Positions 24,401 through 39,449 of a stretch of 64,000 nt of DNA are shown in pieces. Numbering within the stretch: the stretch's first letter is position 1; every line of letters begins with the position of its first letter. The notes under the pieces are model-generated. The model saw nothing but the letters and a program-made list of their open reading frames with translations, searched no databases and was not told the origin of the DNA. Origin of the DNA: Eledone cirrhosa (Eukaryota); the NCBI GenBank assembly GCA_964016885.1, contig OZ024743.1, positions 339,016,001 to 339,080,000 on the forward strand. The letters are read 5' to 3'. The position numbers were made by a program, and so were the translations under genes.

Positions 24401-27400
24401 CAGAACATAGCTACTTTTATATCATGTGTCTCAGAACATAGCTACTTTTATATCACGTGTCTCGGAAAACTGGTATTTTTATATCATGTGTCTCATAACA
24501 TAGCTACTTTTATATCATGTGTCTGAGAACATAGCTACTTTTATATCATGTATCTCGGAACATTGGTAACTTTATATCATGTGTCTCAGAACATAGCTAC
24601 TTTTATATCATGTATCTCGGAACATTGGTACTTTTATGTCATGTGTCTCAGAACATAGCTACTTTTATATCATGTGTCTCAGAACATAGCTACTTTTATA
24701 TCATGTGTGTCGGAATATTGGTACCTTTATGTGATGTGTCTCATAACATAGCTACTTTTATATCATGTGTCTGAGAACATAGCTACTTTTATATCATGTA
24801 TCTCGGAACATTGGTAACTTTATATCATGTGTTTCAGAACATAGCTACTTTTATATCATGTATCTCGGAACATTGGTAACTTTATATCATGTGTCTCAGA
24901 ACATAGCTACTTTTATATCATGTGTCTCGGAACATTGGTACTTTTATATCATGTGTCTCAGAACATAGTTACATTTATATCATGTGTCTCGGAACATTGG
25001 TACTTTAATATCATGTATCTCGGAACATAGGCACTTTTGTATCATGTGTCTCAGAACATAGGTACTTTTATATCGTGTGTCTCGGAACATTGGTACTTTT
25101 ATATCATGTATCTCGGAACATTGGTATTTTCATATCATGTATCTCGTAACATTGGTACTTTTATATCATGTCTCTCGCAACATAGGTACTTTTATATCAC
25201 GTATCTCGGAAAATTGGTACTTTTATATCATGTATCTCGGAACATTGGTACTTTTATATCATTATCTCGGAACATAAGTACTTTTATATCATCTATCTCA
25301 GAACATAGATACTTTTATATTATGTATCTCGGAAAATTGGTACTTTTATATCATGTATTTCGGAACCTAGGTACTTTTATATCATATCTCTCGGAACCTA
25401 GGTACTTTTATATCATGTGTCTCGGAATATTGGTACTTTTATCTCATGTGTCTCGAAACATTGGTACTTTTATATCATGTATCTCAGAACATAGCTACTT
25501 TTATATCATGTGTCTCAGAACATAGCTACTTTTATATCATGTGTCTCATAACATAGCTACTTTTATATTATGTGTCTCGGAACATTTGTATTTATATATC
25601 ATTTATCTCAGAACATAGGTACTTTTATATCATGTATCTCGGAACACTGGTACTTTTCTATCATGTATCTCGGAATATTGATACTTTTATATCATGTGTC
25701 TCGGAACATTGGTACTTTTATATCATGTATCTTGGAACATTGGTATTTTCATATCATGTATCTCGGAACATTGGTATTTTTATATCATGTCTCTCGCAAC
25801 ATAGGTACTTTTATATCATGTATCTTGGAAAATTGGTACTTTTATATCATGTATCTCGGAACATTGGTACTTTTATATCATGTATCTCGGAAAATCGGTA
25901 CTTTTATATCATGTATCTCAGAACATAGCTACTTTTACATCATGTGTCTCAGAACATAGCTACTTTTATATCATGCATCTCGGACATAGGTACTTTTATA
26001 TTATGTATCTCGGAACATAGCTATTTTTATATCATGTATTTCGGAACATAGGTATTTTATATCATGTATCTCGGAACATATCTGCTTTTATATCATATGT
26101 CTCAGAACATAGCTACTTTTATATCATGTGTCTCGGAAAACTGGTACTTTTATATCAAGTGGCTCATAACATAGCTACTTTTATATCATGTGTCTAAGAA
26201 CATAGCTACTTTTATATCTTGTATCAGAGAACATTGGTACTTTTATGTCATGTATCTCGGATCATTGGTACTTTTATATCATGTATCTCGGAATATTGAT
26301 ACTTTTATATCATGTGTGACGGAACATTGGTACTTTTATATCATGTATCTCAGAACATTGGCATTTTATATCATGTATCTCGGAAAGTTGGTACTTTTAT
26401 ATCATGTTTCTAGGAACCTAGGTACTTTTACGTCATGTATCTCGGAACCTAGGTAATTTTATATCATGTATCTCGCAACATAGCTACTTTTATATCTTGT
26501 CTCTAAATATTGGTACTTTTATGTCATGTGTCTCAGAACATAGCTACCTTTATATCATGTGTCTCGGAAAATTGGTACTTTTATATCAGGCATCTCGGAA
26601 CATTGGTACCTTTATATCATGTGTCTCAGAACATAGCTACTTTTATATCATGTATCTCGGAACATTGGTACTTTTATGTCATGTGTCTCAGAACCTAGCT
26701 ACTTTTATATCTTGTATCTCGGAACATTGGTACTTTTATGTCATGTGTCTCAGAACATAGCTAATTTTATATCATGTGTCTCGGAACATTGGTACTTTTA
26801 TATCATGTGTCTCAGAACATAGCTACTTTTATATCATGTGTCTCGGAACATTGGTACTTTTATATCATGTATATCAGAACATAGCTACTTTTATATCATG
26901 TCTTCGGAACATAAGTACTTTTATATCATGTGTCTCGGAACATTGTTACTTTTATATGATGTGTCTCAGAACATAGTTACTTTTACGTCTCTAAACATTG
27001 GTATTTTAATATCATGTATCTCGGAACATAGGTACTTTTATATCATGTGTCTCAGAACATAGGTACTTTTATATCATGTGTCTCAGAACATACTTACTTT
27101 TATATCATGTATCTCGGAACATTGGTATTTTATTTCATGTAACTCTGAAAATAGGTACTTTTACATCATTATCTCGGAACATATGTACCTTTATATCATC
27201 TAGCGCAGAACATAGGTACTGTTATATCATGTACCTCGGAAAATTGGTACTTTTATATCATGTATCTCGGAACCTAGGTACTTTTATATCATGTATCTCG
27301 GAATATAGCTACTTTTATATCATGTGTCTCGGAATATTGGTACTTTTATGTCTTGTGTCTCAGAACATAGCTCCTTTTATATCATGTGTCTCGGAAAATT

Positions 27401-30400
27401 GGTACTTTTATATGATGCATCTCGGAACATTTGTACCTTTATATCATGTGTCTCAGAACATAGCTACTTTTATATCATGTATCTCGGAACATTGGTACTT
27501 TTATGTCATGTGTCTCATAACATAGCTACTTTTATATCATGTGTCTCAGAACATAACTACTTTTATATCATGTGGCTCGGAACATAGCTACTTTTATATC
27601 ATGTGTCTCAGAACATAGCTACCTTTATATCATGCATCTCGGAACATTTGTACGTTTATATCACGTGTCTCAGAACATAGCTACTTTTATATCATGTATG
27701 TAGGAACATTGGTGCTTTTATATCATGTATCTCGGAACATCGGTGCTTTTATATCATGTCTCTCGGAACATTGATACGTTTATATAATGTGTCTCAGAAG
27801 ATAGCTACTTTTATATCATATGTCTCGGAACATTGGTACTTTTGTATAATGTATCTCTGACATAGGTACTTTTATATCATTATCTCGGAACATTGGTACT
27901 TTTATATCATGTATCTCAGAACATAGCTACTTTTATATCATGTGTCTCAGAACATAGCTACTTTTATATCATGTGTCTCGGAACATTTGTACTTATATAT
28001 CATTTATCCAGAACATAGGTACTTTTATATCATTTATCTCGGAACACTGGTACTTTTCTATCATGTATCTCGGAATATTTTACTTTTATATCATGTGTCT
28101 CGGAACATTGGTACTTTTATATCATGTATCTCGGAACATGGTACTTTAATATCATATCTCTCGGAACATAGGTACTTTATATCATGTATCTCGGAACATA
28201 GGTACTTTTACATAATTATCTTGGAACATATGTATTTTTATATCATGTATAGCAGAATATAGGTACTTTTATATCATGTATCTCGGAACATAGGTACTTT
28301 TATATTATGCATTTCGGAACTTAGCTACTTTTATATCATGTGTCTCAGAACATAGGTACTTTTCTATCATGTATCCCGGAACATAGGTACTTTTATATCA
28401 TGTTTCTCGAAACATAGGTACTTTTATATCATGTATCTCAGAACATAGGTACTTTTATATCATGTATCTCGGAACATTGGTACATTAATCTCATGTATCT
28501 CGGAATATTGATACTTTTATATCATGTGTCACGGAACATTGGTATTTTTATATCATGTATCTCAGAACATAGGTACTTTTATATAATGTATCTCAGAACA
28601 TTGGTACTTTTCTATCATGCATCTCGGAACATAGGTACTTTTATATCATGTATCTCGGAACATAGGTACTTTTATATAATTATTTTGGAACATATGTATT
28701 TTTATATCATGTATCGCAGAATATAGGTATTTTTATATTATGTAGCTCAGAAAATTGGTTCTTTTATATCATGTATCTCGGAACATAGGTACTTTTATAT
28801 CATGTATCTCGGATCATTGGTACTTTTATATCATGTATCTCGGAATATTGATACTTTTATATCATGTGTGACGGAACATTGGTACTTTTATATCATGTAT
28901 CTCAGAACATTGGCATTTTATATCATGTATCTCGGAAAGTTGGTACTTTTATATCATGTTTCTAGGAACCTAGGTACTTTTACGTCATGTATCTCGGAAC
29001 CTAGGTAATTTTATATCATGTATCTCGTAACATAGCTACTTTTATATCTTGTCTCTAAATATTGGTACTTTTATGTCATGTGTCTCAGAACATAGCTACC
29101 TTTATATCATGTGTCTCGGAAAATTGGTACTTTTATATCAGGCATCTCGGAACATTGGTACCTTTATATCATGTGTCTCAGAACATTGCTACTTTTATAT
29201 CATGTATCTCGGAACATTGGTACTTTTATATCATGTGTCTCAGAACATAGCTACTTTTATATCATGTGTCTCGGAATATTGGTACTTTTATGTCATGTGT
29301 CTCATAATATAGCTACTTTTATATCATGTGTCTCCAGAACATAGCTACTTTTATATCATGTGTCTCCGAACATTGGTACTTTTATATCATGTATATCGGA
29401 ACATTGATACGTATATATCATGTGTCTCAGAACATAGCTACTTTTATATCATGTATCTCGGGACATTGGTACTTTTATATCATGTACCTCGGACATAGTT
29501 ACTTTTATATCATTATCTCGGAACATATGTACTTTTATATCATTTATCTCCGAACAGAGGTACTTTTATATCATGTGTCTCTGAACATTGGTACTTTTAT
29601 ATCATGTATCTCAGAACATAGCTACTTTTATATCATGTGTCTCGGAACATTGGTACTTTTATATCATGTATCTCAGAACATAGCTACTTTTATATCATGT
29701 GTCTCGGAACAATTGTACGTTTATATCATTTATCTCAGAACATAGGTACTTTTATATCATGTTTCTCGGAACATAGGTACTTTTATATCATGTGTCTCAG
29801 AACATAGCTACTTTTATATCATGTGTCTCAGAACATAGCTACTTTTATATCATGTGTGTCGGAATATTGGTACCTTTATGTGATGTGTCTCATAACATAG
29901 CTACTTTTATATCATGTGTCTCAGAACATAGATACTTTTATATCATGTGTCTCGGAATATTGGTACTTTTATGTGATGTGTCTCATAACATAGCTACTTC
30001 TATATCATGTCTCTCGGAACATTGTTACTTTTATATCATGTGTCTCGGAACATAGGTACTTTTATATCATGTGTCTCGGAACATTGGTACTTTTATATCA
30101 TGTATCTCCGAACATAGGTACTTTTATATCATGTGTCCCGGAACATTGGACTTTTATATCATGTATCTCGGAACATTGGTACTTTTATATCATGTATCTC
30201 GGAACATAGGTACTTTTATATCACGTGTCTCGGAACATTGGACTTTTATATCATGTATCTCGGAACATAGGTACTTTTATATCATGTATCTCGGAACATA
30301 GGTACTTTTAGATCATGTATCTCGGAACATTGTTACTTTATTATCATGTGTCTCGGAACATTGGTACTTTTATATCATGTATCTCGGAACATAGGTACTT

Positions 30401-30715
30401 TTATGTCATGTGTCTCAGAACGTACCTACATTTATATCATGTATCTTTGGAACATTGGTACATTTATATAATGAATCTCGTAGCATAGATATTTTATATC
30501 TTCTGTCTTGGAACATAGCTACTTCTATATCATGTATCTCGGAACATTGGTACTTTTATATCATGTATCTCGGAACATTGGTACTTTTATATGATGTATC
30601 TCGGAACATAGGTACTTTTATATCATGTATCAGGGAACACTGGTACTTTTATATCATGTATCTCAGAACATAGGTACTTTTATATCATGTATCTCTCAAC
30701 ATAGGTACTTTTATA
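18491..30715 (+). repeat. Satellite B: 31-bp monomer TACTTTTATATCATGTATCTCGGAACATAGG
   Basis: ~12.2-kb uninterrupted tandem array with recurrent variants (TAGG/TTGG/TAGC, CGG/CAG/CAT, GTAT/GTGT). Confidence 0.97.
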
Positions 30716-30739
30716 AATTATGCCAATGACCATAGACAC

Positions 30740-31395
<656 letters not shown>

Positions 31396-31564
31396 GCAGC
31401 GAGATGTAAAATACCGACTAGAGGGGTTAAGTAAGACTTAAATATTTGCAAGAGAAATATACAAAAGTCGATTTGTTTCTAACTAAAGAAAGTCGTCTGT
31501 TTGGAATAAATTATCAACCAAAACACATCGTCGACATCTAGCAAAAATATTTCTTTAATGTAAA

Positions 31565-31752
31565 TAATTGTCTCTACTTTAGGCACAAGGCCAACAATTA
31601 CCCAGTGCATTACTGGTACTTTATTTTATCGACCCCGTAAGGATGAAAAGCAAAGTCAACCTCGGCGGGATTTGAACTCAGATCCGAAAGGGACGTAACT
31701 ATGCCGGAAAGCATGGGGTCCGACCCTCTACTGATACTGCCAATCCACCAAA
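31565..31752 (-). mobile_element. tRNA-SINE copy (GGTGGATTGGCAGTATC subfamily)
   Basis: Reverse complement of the units at 32256-32850. Confidence 0.8.
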
Positions 31753-31779
31753 TAATGATTCTAATTTAAGCACAAGTGC

Positions 31780-31930
31780 ATAGCTCGGAGATCAGAGTCG
31801 CTCCATGTACAACCGCTACTTCTCTGAATTGAGACATAACTGCTCCGCTACCAACATCCGTGGAAACACCTTCTCTATTCTGTCCGCCGGAGCCGTGGTG
31901 CGGCCAGCGCGTGGGCCACCATTTCCTTAT
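31780..31930 (+). mobile_element. 3' fragment of CRE-like (restriction-endonuclease) non-LTR retrotransposon
   Basis: Reads ...IRGNTFSILSAG. Nucleotide similarity, in the opposite orientation, to 47145-47200 (GCTGGCCGC.CCA.GGC.CCGGCGGACAGAAT.GAGAAG). Confidence 0.65.
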
Positions 31931-32255
31931 ATTAGTGAGAGATGGGGAGAGCGAGAGAGACGGAGGCAGTGAGTGACAGAGAGAGAACATCAACACTTAT
32001 TCACTTATTATGCAAATAGGTTTAATAGATTTTGTAGATTACCATTCTTATTATTAAATTTAATTAGCAGTATCCTTAGAGCGTTCGACAAATGTTTAGC
32101 TCAACGCCATAATTTCATGACTCTGCTTATTAGCCACCTTATATTAATTTATAGTTTGTTGAATTAACCCTGATGTCAGCACCAATAGCGAAGTTATGTG
32201 TTTTAAACATGTTTAAATATGTTTAAATAGAAGTAAGTATAAAGATTTCTTTGCA

Positions 32256-32850
32256 TTGGTGGATTGGCAGTATCGGTAGAGAGTCGGACGCCATGCTTTG
32301 CAGCAAAGAATTACCGCCCTTTATAGTCTGAGTTCAAATCCCGCCGAGGTTAACTTTGCCTTTCATCCTTACGGGGTCGATAAAATAAAGTACCAGTAAT
32401 GTACTGGGTAATTTGCTGGCCTTGTGCCAAATATTGAAATAATTATTTAGTGTATTGGCAGTATCGGAAGAAGGTCGCATGCCGTGCTGTGCAGCAAAGA
32501 GTTACGGCCCTTTACGATCTGAATCCAAATCCCACCGAGGTTAACTTTGCCTTTCATCCTTACGGGTCGATAAAATAAAGTACCAGTCACGCACTGGGGT
32601 CCTTTTGATCGACTTTCCCCTCCTCCCAAATTACTGGCCTATACTAGAAATCATTATTTGGTGGATTGGCAGTATCGGTAGAAGGTCAGACGCCATGCTT
32701 TGCAGCGTAGAGTTACGTCCCTTTACTACCTGAGTTCAAATCCCGCCGAGGTTAACCTTGCTTTTCATCCTTACGGAGTCGATAAAATATAGTACCAGTA
32801 ATGCACTGGGGTAATTGCTGGCTTTGTGTCAAAAGTAGAAACAATTATTT
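32256..32850 (+). mobile_element. Three head-to-tail tRNA-SINE copies (~200 bp each)
   Basis: Units begin near 32256, 32448 and 32658 with (G)TGGATTGGCAGTATCGG and share GAGTTCAAATCCCGCCGAGGTTAAC. Confidence 0.85.
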
Positions 32851-33014
32851 GGAATTATTTCTGGGTCTGTCTCAGTGCAGGGATATCAATTTAAATGACT
32901 CCAGCTGGGCACCGAAACTGGGTCACATATTTTGATTATCAAATTAACGGTTCGCAGGGTGGGGGACTCACCTTCTAGAAATCAATTGTACAGAAAGGAA
33001 GAAATGGATTTCCG

Positions 33015-33185
33015 CTGGTTTCGACGATGAGTGTTCCAGTTGTTCAATGAACTGAACCACCTGTTCGCAAAGTCAACCTGTAAGTCACAGAACATTTCAC
33101 CAACACGTGTATTCTTAACATAATTCTCAGGGAGATTCAGTATGACACTGCATCACAATGCTGACTCTTTGAATACAGGTGCAAT
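33015..33185. mobile_element. Diverged interspersed-repeat fragment
   Basis: ACACGTGTA..CTTAAC.TA.TTCTCAGGGAGATTCAG motif, recalled from octopus repeats; no second copy in this window. Confidence 0.35.
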
Positions 33186-33272
33186 CCATTCAGCAGGCTT
33201 CCAAGCCTTTTCTGTCTGTCCAATTCTACTCACAAAGCACGGGTCGATACGAAGCTATGGCAAAATATCTAC

Positions 33273-33435
33273 ATTCTTCTTCTTCTTCTTCTTCTTCTTC
33301 TTCTTCTTCTTCTTCTTCTTCTTCTTCTTCTTCTTCTTCTTCTTCTTCTTCTTCTTCTTCTTCTTCTTCTTCTTCTTCTTCTTCTTCTTCTTCTTCTTCT
33401 TCTTCTTCTTCTTCTTCTTCTTCTTCTTCTTCTTC
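33273..33435. repeat. Pure (TTC)n tract, ~54 units, followed by a SINE fragment (33436-33522)
   Basis: Directly visible. Confidence 0.97.
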
Positions 33436-34134
33436 GCCCATTTATTCCTGCTGCGTTCTGAGTTCAAATCTTATTGAGGTCAACTTTACCTTTCACTTTT
33501 CGATAAAAAAAAGTACCAGTCTTCTACTAAGATTCTGTTTACTTTCTTAACTACTCTCTATCATTATCTCCCTCTTTCTCTGGTTGAAATCGGCTGTGTT
33601 CAGAGCTGGAGTAGAGATGGGCCTTGCCAGGTTTGATATGCACAAGACACACCGGTGTGTCAAGACGGCGTCCATACGTCTCTATCAAGAATTATGGGTG
33701 CACACATGCATATATGTATGAATATAATAATTAAGAAAAAAACATAATAGGGAAGAAAACTATTGAAGTTTTATAGCCGTCAAACCTGATAATATTCACT
33801 GTATTCTGTGTGAAAACATCCCTCAGATATATGAACACAAAAGATTTAAAGTTAGTAGCCTCGAAGTTAATTTACGTAAATCGTTCACGAGGTTATTGTA
33901 TTCAGTTTTTTTTCTTTTCTTTGTTAACGTGTTAAATTGTATTACGGACATTGATATGAGAAGGTTTTGACAGGAAATAAAAGCGGTTTCTGTTACATCG
34001 ATACTATAAATATGTATTATCAGGCACTGGAAACTGCTAGCTTTCTTTACTTTCAAATATTATGTTTCCGTTCAAATTTATTCGATGATAGATATTATAT
34101 GCGCATATTCTCTCAGTGAGAAGACTGTGTTGTG

Positions 34135-34217
<83 letters not shown>

Positions 34218-34548
34218 ATTGTGTGTGTGTGTACGTGTGTTTTTTTTTCTATTTCTACCTAAGAGAAAGAGCCTGTTTCTAACACAGACAAGATCTCTCA
34301 TTGGAATTTAAAAAACATCAACTTGCTAATTGTGTGTGTATGCCTACATGTGTCTGTGTGTGTATGCCTGTATGTGTCTGTGTGTGTTTATGCAGGTATG
34401 GATGCAATTGCACGTATATATAAATCAAAGGTAAAACTATATATATACAAAGCTCAAATGTATGTAGAGAAATATATATGACAGTATATAATTCCCACAT
34501 CGTTTCAGAATTAGCACAATGTAATTATATATTATATTGGTACGAAGA

Positions 34549-34620
<72 letters not shown>

Positions 34621-34939
34621 TATTGGATGGTTATTGGCTATCATGAGTACTTCTACCCTTTTTTTCGGGTTTCGTTTTTCATTCCACGACCATGTGACAG
34701 GTTGTACTGGGTTACATGTTACAAGTACCACTTGAGAGTGACCTGACATAATAGTATATATGTATATACTGTATATGTATGTGTGTGTGTGTGTGTGTGT
34801 GTGGGGGGGGGGGGGGGTATGTGTGTGAGCGTGTGTGTATGAGTGTGTGAATGTGTGTGTGTGCGTGCGTGTGTGTGTGTGTACACATACATAAACTATG
34901 CTCAGGGACATAGAAATACTCAAGTTTGTGTCTAAGTGC

Positions 34940-36965
34940 ATAGTAAGCCCACTGGGAGGCTCCCGATAGCTATCTGGGGAAAAGAAATTCTGATGGAATG
35001 ATGTTAATCTGTTCTTCTTTTCCGATTATAGCGATTGTTGTTCAGTGAGCGGGACTGGTCCACTGCAGTGCCTTTCTCACCATACAAAGCTTCACACACA
35101 TACATCATTCGATATCATAGGATCTTTGAATGATGTGAATGGCTGATTGTAGCCTTAAAAGGTGAACACACAATTTTTAAGTAAAATGCAATAAAGGCTC
35201 TGGAACAACATCTGGTGAACGGGTCTGGTCCGGTCGTCATCCCAGTACTGCAGTGACAATGTGCTAGTGACTATACTTTAGTCTGGAAAGGTAGAGTGGA
35301 GGGGTTAAGAAAAGAGGCTGGAGTGGCCTTTGCAGTGAAATCAGAACTTATACCATGGCTTTAGGAATTGCAATTGGGTATAAACGAGCATTAAATGACA
35401 ATGAGAATTCCACTGCAAAAAGGTACTTATGTAACTTTAGATAATATCTGCCTCTGAAAAAAAGAAATTATTTTTCTAAGTTTTAAAAGTTGCAGTACAA
35501 AGTAATCATATCGAGTGTGATTGACAAGCATGGTATTGGTCATTTTACGTTACAGACTATTTTTGTTACAAATCTGTGAGGAGATGGGGTTATGCATAAC
35601 TAACTAACTCTATGTTCCAGCAAAAGGATAAGTTAAAATCACCTGGATGCATCATCCAGGATGTAAACAATAGTACTTGTTGGATTATATTGTTGTTCGT
35701 GACTTTGGGCCTGTTAGGATCCTTCGTGGTGCTGAGTGTTGACAGACCATCACTTAATTTGTGCTCAACTTAAATTTGTATGTAAAGCAAGAGTAAAATC
35801 CGCCCCTGTTGCTGTGCCCAAAAGATTGAACGTCTCACGTTTGAAGAGCAAAAATATTCTGAAAGAGTACAAGAACGCTACTAACCATTTTAGTTGTGTA
35901 GGTGCTGAGATTCTCGGCTATGTGAAGAAAAGCCACCAGGACAGGTTCAATGAAAATGATAATGAGATAGAAAAGATCTTGCAAGAGAAGAGGAAAGTGT
36001 TGTTGAACCTTCTTAATGACAAACATAATGCTGTGAACATGTTCATCAGATGTGTTCATCAGATGAAGGATGCATGATGGAATAACAAGGCCGATGGGGT
36101 TACGGACCAGCTCCTTCCTTGGTTGCGCCTCTTCGCATAAGATCTGAAATAAGCTCGTTCGAGATCCACCGGGCATACTAAAAAGGGGGCAACAACATTT
36201 TGATGACCTTCTTAATCTGCTTTCGAATATTGATGAGGGTTCTATAAACAGACTTCCTAACAACCCTGTGTATCATGTCTTGGCCAATACTCCTTTATTT
36301 GAGGAAGTGAAGAAACTAAATAGTGGCAAATCTCCTGGAATGGACTGAAACAATGCAGGACTTCTGAAATAGGGAGGTAAGAACCTACTGAAACAACTTC
36401 CTGTAATCATATCTGACATCTGGAACAATGAAACTGTTCCCCTGATTGGCGAGATGTTCTGATGGTTGTCTAAGATGATTGTGGCAACTATCGGCTTATC
36501 TTTGCTCTCTTTGGTAAGAAAGGTTTTGTGCAGGATTTTGTTGGATGGGTTGCTTACGCCCATTGCCAAAAATGTTCTTCCGGAATCCCAATCTGGTTTT
36601 CGTGAAAAGTGCTTAGAACAAGGTATAGATTTACATCAAGTCTTTGTTAACTTCACCAAGGCTTTTGACACAGTGATTAGAGGGGATTCGTGGAGAACTT
36701 TGGAGAAGGTTGGGTGCCCTGGAAAATTTCTGAGTATTTTGAAAGGATTTTATGGCGGTATGGTTCCTCGTATAAATGTGGATGCAAAGCTGTCTGAACC
36801 CATAAACGTCAGGGATGGAGTGACGCAGAGAGATATTCTTGCTCTTACACTGTTTGTTTTGTACTTGGCAATAGTATTTCAATTGGCTTTCAAGGACTGA
36901 AAACATAGAACTTATGTCCGCTATTAACAGAATACAGCGACTTGTTTTCATGCTACTGGCAGACA
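34940..36965 (+). mobile_element. Highly decayed RTE-clade LINE (5' UTR, APE endonuclease, RT)
   Basis: KEAGVAFAVK, TWMH and TDHHLI endonuclease motifs. LPESQSGFR, FVNFTKAFDTV and DGVTQ RT motifs. Many stops and deletions. Confidence 0.85.
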
Positions 36966-37436
36966 CACGAAAGCAGAGGTTGGGACTACCAGGATGGTGT
37001 GTCCCTGAAATAAATATCTTATGTTGTCTGTGTTATTTAGTAGATAATGCTCACTGAAGATCCTGCACCGATTCCGGGTTGTTATGCAACTGACTGTTGG
37101 ATATACATTTATTTACGAAACTAATATTAATAGTTTGGCATTGGTGAAACTGTCTTTGGTGTGTGTATATATCAATATTTTTTTAACTACTTTTATTAAT
37201 TGATTTGATTATCGATTTGCTGTTAGTTGTATTACTTTTATTGATAACTCTAATTAATTTGTTCAATATTGCCACTACACTATTGAATCTGCGAGTGATG
37301 TACTCTGTTTCCTAAATTCATTTCAGTTAGCATTGAATAAGATAGTGTATGGCACAGCATTACAATGCTATATGTGCGCAAAACATCTTGTGGTAGTGTG
37401 ATTTCGTAAATGTATTAGTATATATCTATCTATCTA

Positions 37437-38740
37437 GGGCGGGTAAAATTCCTGAGATCCATGGACGAGTTCTCTCCAGCGGTCTCTGTCCTTCATCATC
37501 GCCGCCATATCCTGCGTCTCTCCCAGAGACCAGTGTCTATCCTTAGAGCATCAATATATGTCAACCTCGATCTCCCTCATCAAGTGTGTCCATGTAGGGG
37601 CTCCCACAGGAGCATTGAGTGTTGTGTCAACTCCGAATGTCGGTGAGAATGTCCAGCTCACCTCAGTCTCCTCTGTGTTATTTTCGAGCTGAGTGTATGC
37701 TGATTAATGTTCAGAGCCATCCTCAGCATTCTTATGTAGCACTCATCCACCATCTGAGTGAATTTCTTTGTCAGTGCCCAAGTCTCAGACCCGTACAATA
37801 GCACAGACTCCACTGTAGCAACGAAGAGACGGACCTTCAGGTTTTTACGAAGGTCCGACTTCCACACCGATCTCAAACTGTGGCACACCGTCTAGGCTTT
37901 GTTCTTTCTCTCAGCCACATCTTCCTCTGTGTTCCTAATCTTTGCTCCCAGATACAGGAAGTCCTCAACCAACTGCAACGGCTTCCCGCCTACATTCATT
38001 ATCTTCGCTGGCTTCTTGATGTTTTCTACCAGATACTTCGTCTTAATCTCATTCATTCTCAGCCCCGCACTCATCGACACAATCTCCACCTCCTGCATCA
38101 ACTCCTCTGCCTCCTTCACTGTATTTGTCACCAGAACTATGTCGTCAGCAAATTCAGCATCTGATATCTTTTTAGCCTTAACTCTCCTGCTCTGATCCGG
38201 TGCTACAATAAAGCCAGAGTCCTGGTGTTTCTCCAGCGCAAGGCGCATACAATAGCCCACCACGATAATAAAAAGGTAGGGAGCCAATGTATCTCCCTGG
38301 AGCACTCCAGCCAGTATCTCAAAGAACTCCGCCATCCCGTCAGGTGGAATGGCTTGGGACCTGGTGTTGGTGTAGAGCAGTGATATCAGGTCCACTATCT
38401 TCTTGGGGATTCCATAAGCCTGTAAGATCTTCATCAGGCAGTGACGGTACACTGAATCAAAGGCCTTCCTAAAGTCAATGGATACCATGACAGCAGGAAG
38501 GCTCTTTGCTCTAGCTCCCTATAATATCCTCCTCAGCATTAGGATGTGACTGGTGGTTGATCTTCCCTATCTGAAGCTGTTCTGGTTGTCCCTGAGCTTC
38601 TTCTCCATCTTGGGCTGGATCTTTTAAAGAATCATCCTGTTGAGGGTCTTTGCCACAAGTGACGTCAGTGAGATCCCCTTATAGTTGTTGGTGTTAGAGA
38701 GATCTCCCTTCTTTGGCACTGGGACGATGTTACTGATCCT
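37437..38740 (-). mobile_element. LINE RT-to-3'-end fragment (RTE/RTEX-like)
   Basis: IDFRKAFDSV, GVLQGDTLAPYLF, FADD, FLYLG, LLYGSETW. Truncated at the Penelope-like element. Confidence 0.88.
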
Positions 38741-39449
38741 TTACTGATTCGGGGAATATATAGAGTTATTACCGTAGTTCTTTGATTCAAGGTAAGGTGA
38801 GTGTTTGTGTTGGCACGTGTTCTGGCGTATGTTGTGTTGGTGAGATTGTCCACTTTTAATGCTTTTTCTCAGGGTTCCAGAGTCTTTACCGTAATTTGCA
38901 GCATATTCGTCGAGAAATAATTGTTTCTGCTGCCATACCTTTCTTGATTTGTTTTCTTCTTTTGAGATATCTCTGATCCATAGTTCTCGTCGTTTTTCAG
39001 CTATAATACCAGTAGTTAGCTTTGAAATTTCAACTTCAGTTTGGTCATCGATAGCTTCATATTTGGCTTTGTAGCGGGATTGTTTACATTGAGAAATGGA
39101 GATGTCGGTCCTGAATTTTGTCAATGTAAGTTCCCATCGGAGTTTTATTTCTTCTTCTGGTTCTCCTGCAATTTCTTTAATTAGGTATTTACGAGGGAGT
39201 ATTGGTGCCGTTAGAGAGAGCCATTTCGAATGTGTTTCGACATATTTTTCGCATTTGTATGCTTTCCAGAAAGCATACAAATGCGAAAAATATGTCGAAA
39301 CACATTCGAAATAGCTCTCTCTAAGATATCTCAAAAGAAGAAAACAAATCAAGAAAGGTATGGCAGCAGAAACAATTATTTCTCGACGAATATGCTGCAA
39401 ATTACGGTAAAGACTCTGGAACCCTGAGAAAAAGCATTAAAAGTTGAAA

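Noticed and set aside
18502-30673. Dozens of ORFs with repeating 'ISCISEHWYFYIMYLGTLVLLYHVSRNIGTF'
   Set aside because: Translation of a 31-bp satellite (31-aa period over three monomers); no coding evidence.
10505-30715. CRISPR-like appearance of short partly palindromic repeats
   Set aside because: Monomers are contiguous with no unique spacers, there are no cas genes, and the context is eukaryotic.
33142-34941. Poly-F/S/E/K and CV/HT/YI ORFs (also at 31093-31409 and 42967-45682)
   Set aside because: Microsatellite translations.
37050-37160. CTGAAGA ... GAAAC as another hammerhead
   Set aside because: Could not build consistent stems I-III.
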